Positions 16,554-17,621 of a stretch of DNA of 17,621 nucleotides are shown in pieces. The notes beneath the pieces were generated by a model. The model did not search any database, was not told where the DNA came from, and worked only from the letters and a program-made list of their open reading frames with translations. The DNA is from Armatimonadota bacterium (GTDB lineage: Bacteria; Armatimonadota; UBA5829; DTLH01), in contig JBDKSP010000090.1 in assembly GCA_039680575.1 (NCBI GenBank), positions 1 to 17,621 on the forward strand, written 5' to 3'. Each line of letters begins with the position of its first letter. Position 1 is the first letter of the stretch. The position numbers and the translations under genes were made by a program.

Positions 16554-17409
16554 CAGCGTCCTCCTTACCACAGAAGTCCAGCAGCTTGACCAGAGTCTGC
16601 TTCATATCTCTTCGCGCTACTACCATATCGATCATTCCGTGGTCGAGCTGGAACTCCGCTCTCTGGAAGTTCGGCGGGCGGTTGATGACTCCGGCCTGTT
16701 GGGCAACCCTCTCTCCAGCGAAACCTATCAGCGCGCCGGGCTCCGCTATGATGACATCACCGATAGATGCGTAACTTGCATGCACTCCGGCGGTCGTCGG
16801 ATCGCACAGGACGACTATATACGGTAGTCCGGCCTCGTTCAGCTTTCCGATAGCCGCACTCGTTTTCGCCATCTGCATAAGTGAGAGTATCCCCTCCTGC
16901 ATCCTGGCGCCGCCGGAAGCGGAAAAGAGAATGAGCGGCCTTTTTTCTTCGATTGCCCGCTCGACAGCAAGGACGACTTTCTCGCCCTGCACACCGCCCA
17001 TGCTGCCCCCCATAAATCCGAAGTCAGCCACACCTATCACAACGGGACGCGATTCTATCGCAGCCGTGCCTACGAGCATCGATTCGTTGATGCCTGATGT
17101 CTGCCGGCCTTTTTTGATTTTTGCTTCATAATCCGGAAAATTGAGCGGGTTTGCGGTACTGATATCAGTTGCAAACTCATCGAAGCTGCCGGGATCGACC
17201 GTGAAAGCCAGCCGCTCTTCCGCCCGCAGCCTGAAGTGATAGTTACACTTGCTGCAGACCCGCAGGTTCTTTTCCAGTTCCTTGTTAAATAGTATTTCAT
17301 TACACTTCGGACACTTAGTCCAGAGGCCGTCAGGAAGCGCATCTACACTCTTGCGCGCGATCTTCTGAGCACTCTTCGACTTACGTCCGAACCAGCCTAT
17401 ATTTGCCAT
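16543..17409 (-). CDS. accD: Acetyl-CoA carboxylase carboxyltransferase beta subunit
   Basis: Zinc finger LWTKCPKC...[40 protein letters not shown]...GMID. Confidence 0.97.
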   Translation of the reverse strand: MANIGWFGRKSKSAQKIARKSVDALPDGLWTKCPKCNEILFNKELEKNLRVCSKCNYHFRLRAEERLAFTVDPGSFDEFATDISTANPLNFPDYEAKIKKGRQTSGINESMLVGTAAIESRPVVIGVADFGFMGGSMGGVQGEKVVLAVERAIEEKRPLILFSASGGARMQEGILSLMQMAKTSAAIGKLNEAGLPYIVVLCDPTTAGVHASYASIGDVIIAEPGALIGFAGERVAQQAGVINRPPNFQRAEFQLDHGMIDMVVARRDMKQTLVKLLDFCGKEDADVA

Positions 17410-17426
17410 GGATGGGCTAATCCTCC

Positions 17427-17459
17427 ATACTGTAGCCTTAGAATGGGCAGCTACAGTAT
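17427..17459. promoter_or_regulatory. Perfect 10-bp inverted repeat, operator candidate
   Basis: ATACTGTAGC-13 nt-GCTACAGTAT, overlapping the -10 box and abutting the Shine-Dalgarno. Confidence 0.6.
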
Positions 17460-17483
17460 ATCAATTGCTGAGTCACTTCGCAA
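17455..17483 (-). promoter_or_regulatory. Sigma70-type promoter of the accD operon
   Basis: Minus strand TTGCGA-17 nt-TATACT with a TG extension; GGAGG downstream. Confidence 0.7.
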
Positions 17484-17621
17484 TCCGAGGCGCACAGGGC
17501 AAACGCATCTTAATCAGGGGCGCAGTGTGAACGAAGTTTACATAAAGTATCATTACCGCAACACAGGTACTTTGGAAGCTCACGTCGAAGTAGCAAGTAT
17601 TACACATATAGGAGTTTGCCT

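Noticed and set aside
17491..17530. CGCACAGGGCAAAC ... GGGCGCA resembles the 5' part of a c-di-GMP-I (GEMM) riboswitch
   Set aside because: No GNRA tetraloop, the intervening bases do not form the required stem, and no second hairpin or receptor is evident. An Rfam scan would settle it.

Overview
Bacterial chromosomal window of mostly housekeeping genes, with a few accessory genes and clear cis-elements. Gene order: 3' end of an upstream ORF, mazG, an alpha/beta hydrolase, a minus-strand kdsD-kdsC-metallophosphoesterase operon, a GAF/PP2C (SpoIIE-type) phosphatase, a COG1768-like metallophosphoesterase, a yhaM-like exonuclease, an acyltransferase-3, a TrmH-family methylase, tRNA-Ala(GGC), a PEP-CTERM protein, and the minus-strand run accD-accA-obgE-nadD-LCP-rsfS-TPR membrane protein. 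Firmicutes-style genes and order together with Kdo/LPS and PEP-CTERM genes suggest a diderm Terrabacteria lineage such as Armatimonadota (inference only). No CRISPR array, integrase or transposase is visible. Best leads: (1) a stand-alone 5'-nucleotidase-like domain in the kdsDC operon with an LpxH-type GNR motif, a candidate alternative lipid A enzyme; (2) an orphan promoter-hairpin-terminator unit at about 6469-6580 that looks like an unannotated small RNA; (3) a perfect inverted repeat over the accDA promoter; (4) a sigma-54-type promoter before the PEP-CTERM gene; (5) several apparently leaderless genes; (6) small MITE/REP-like elements. All calls come from reading motifs by eye; no database searches were run.
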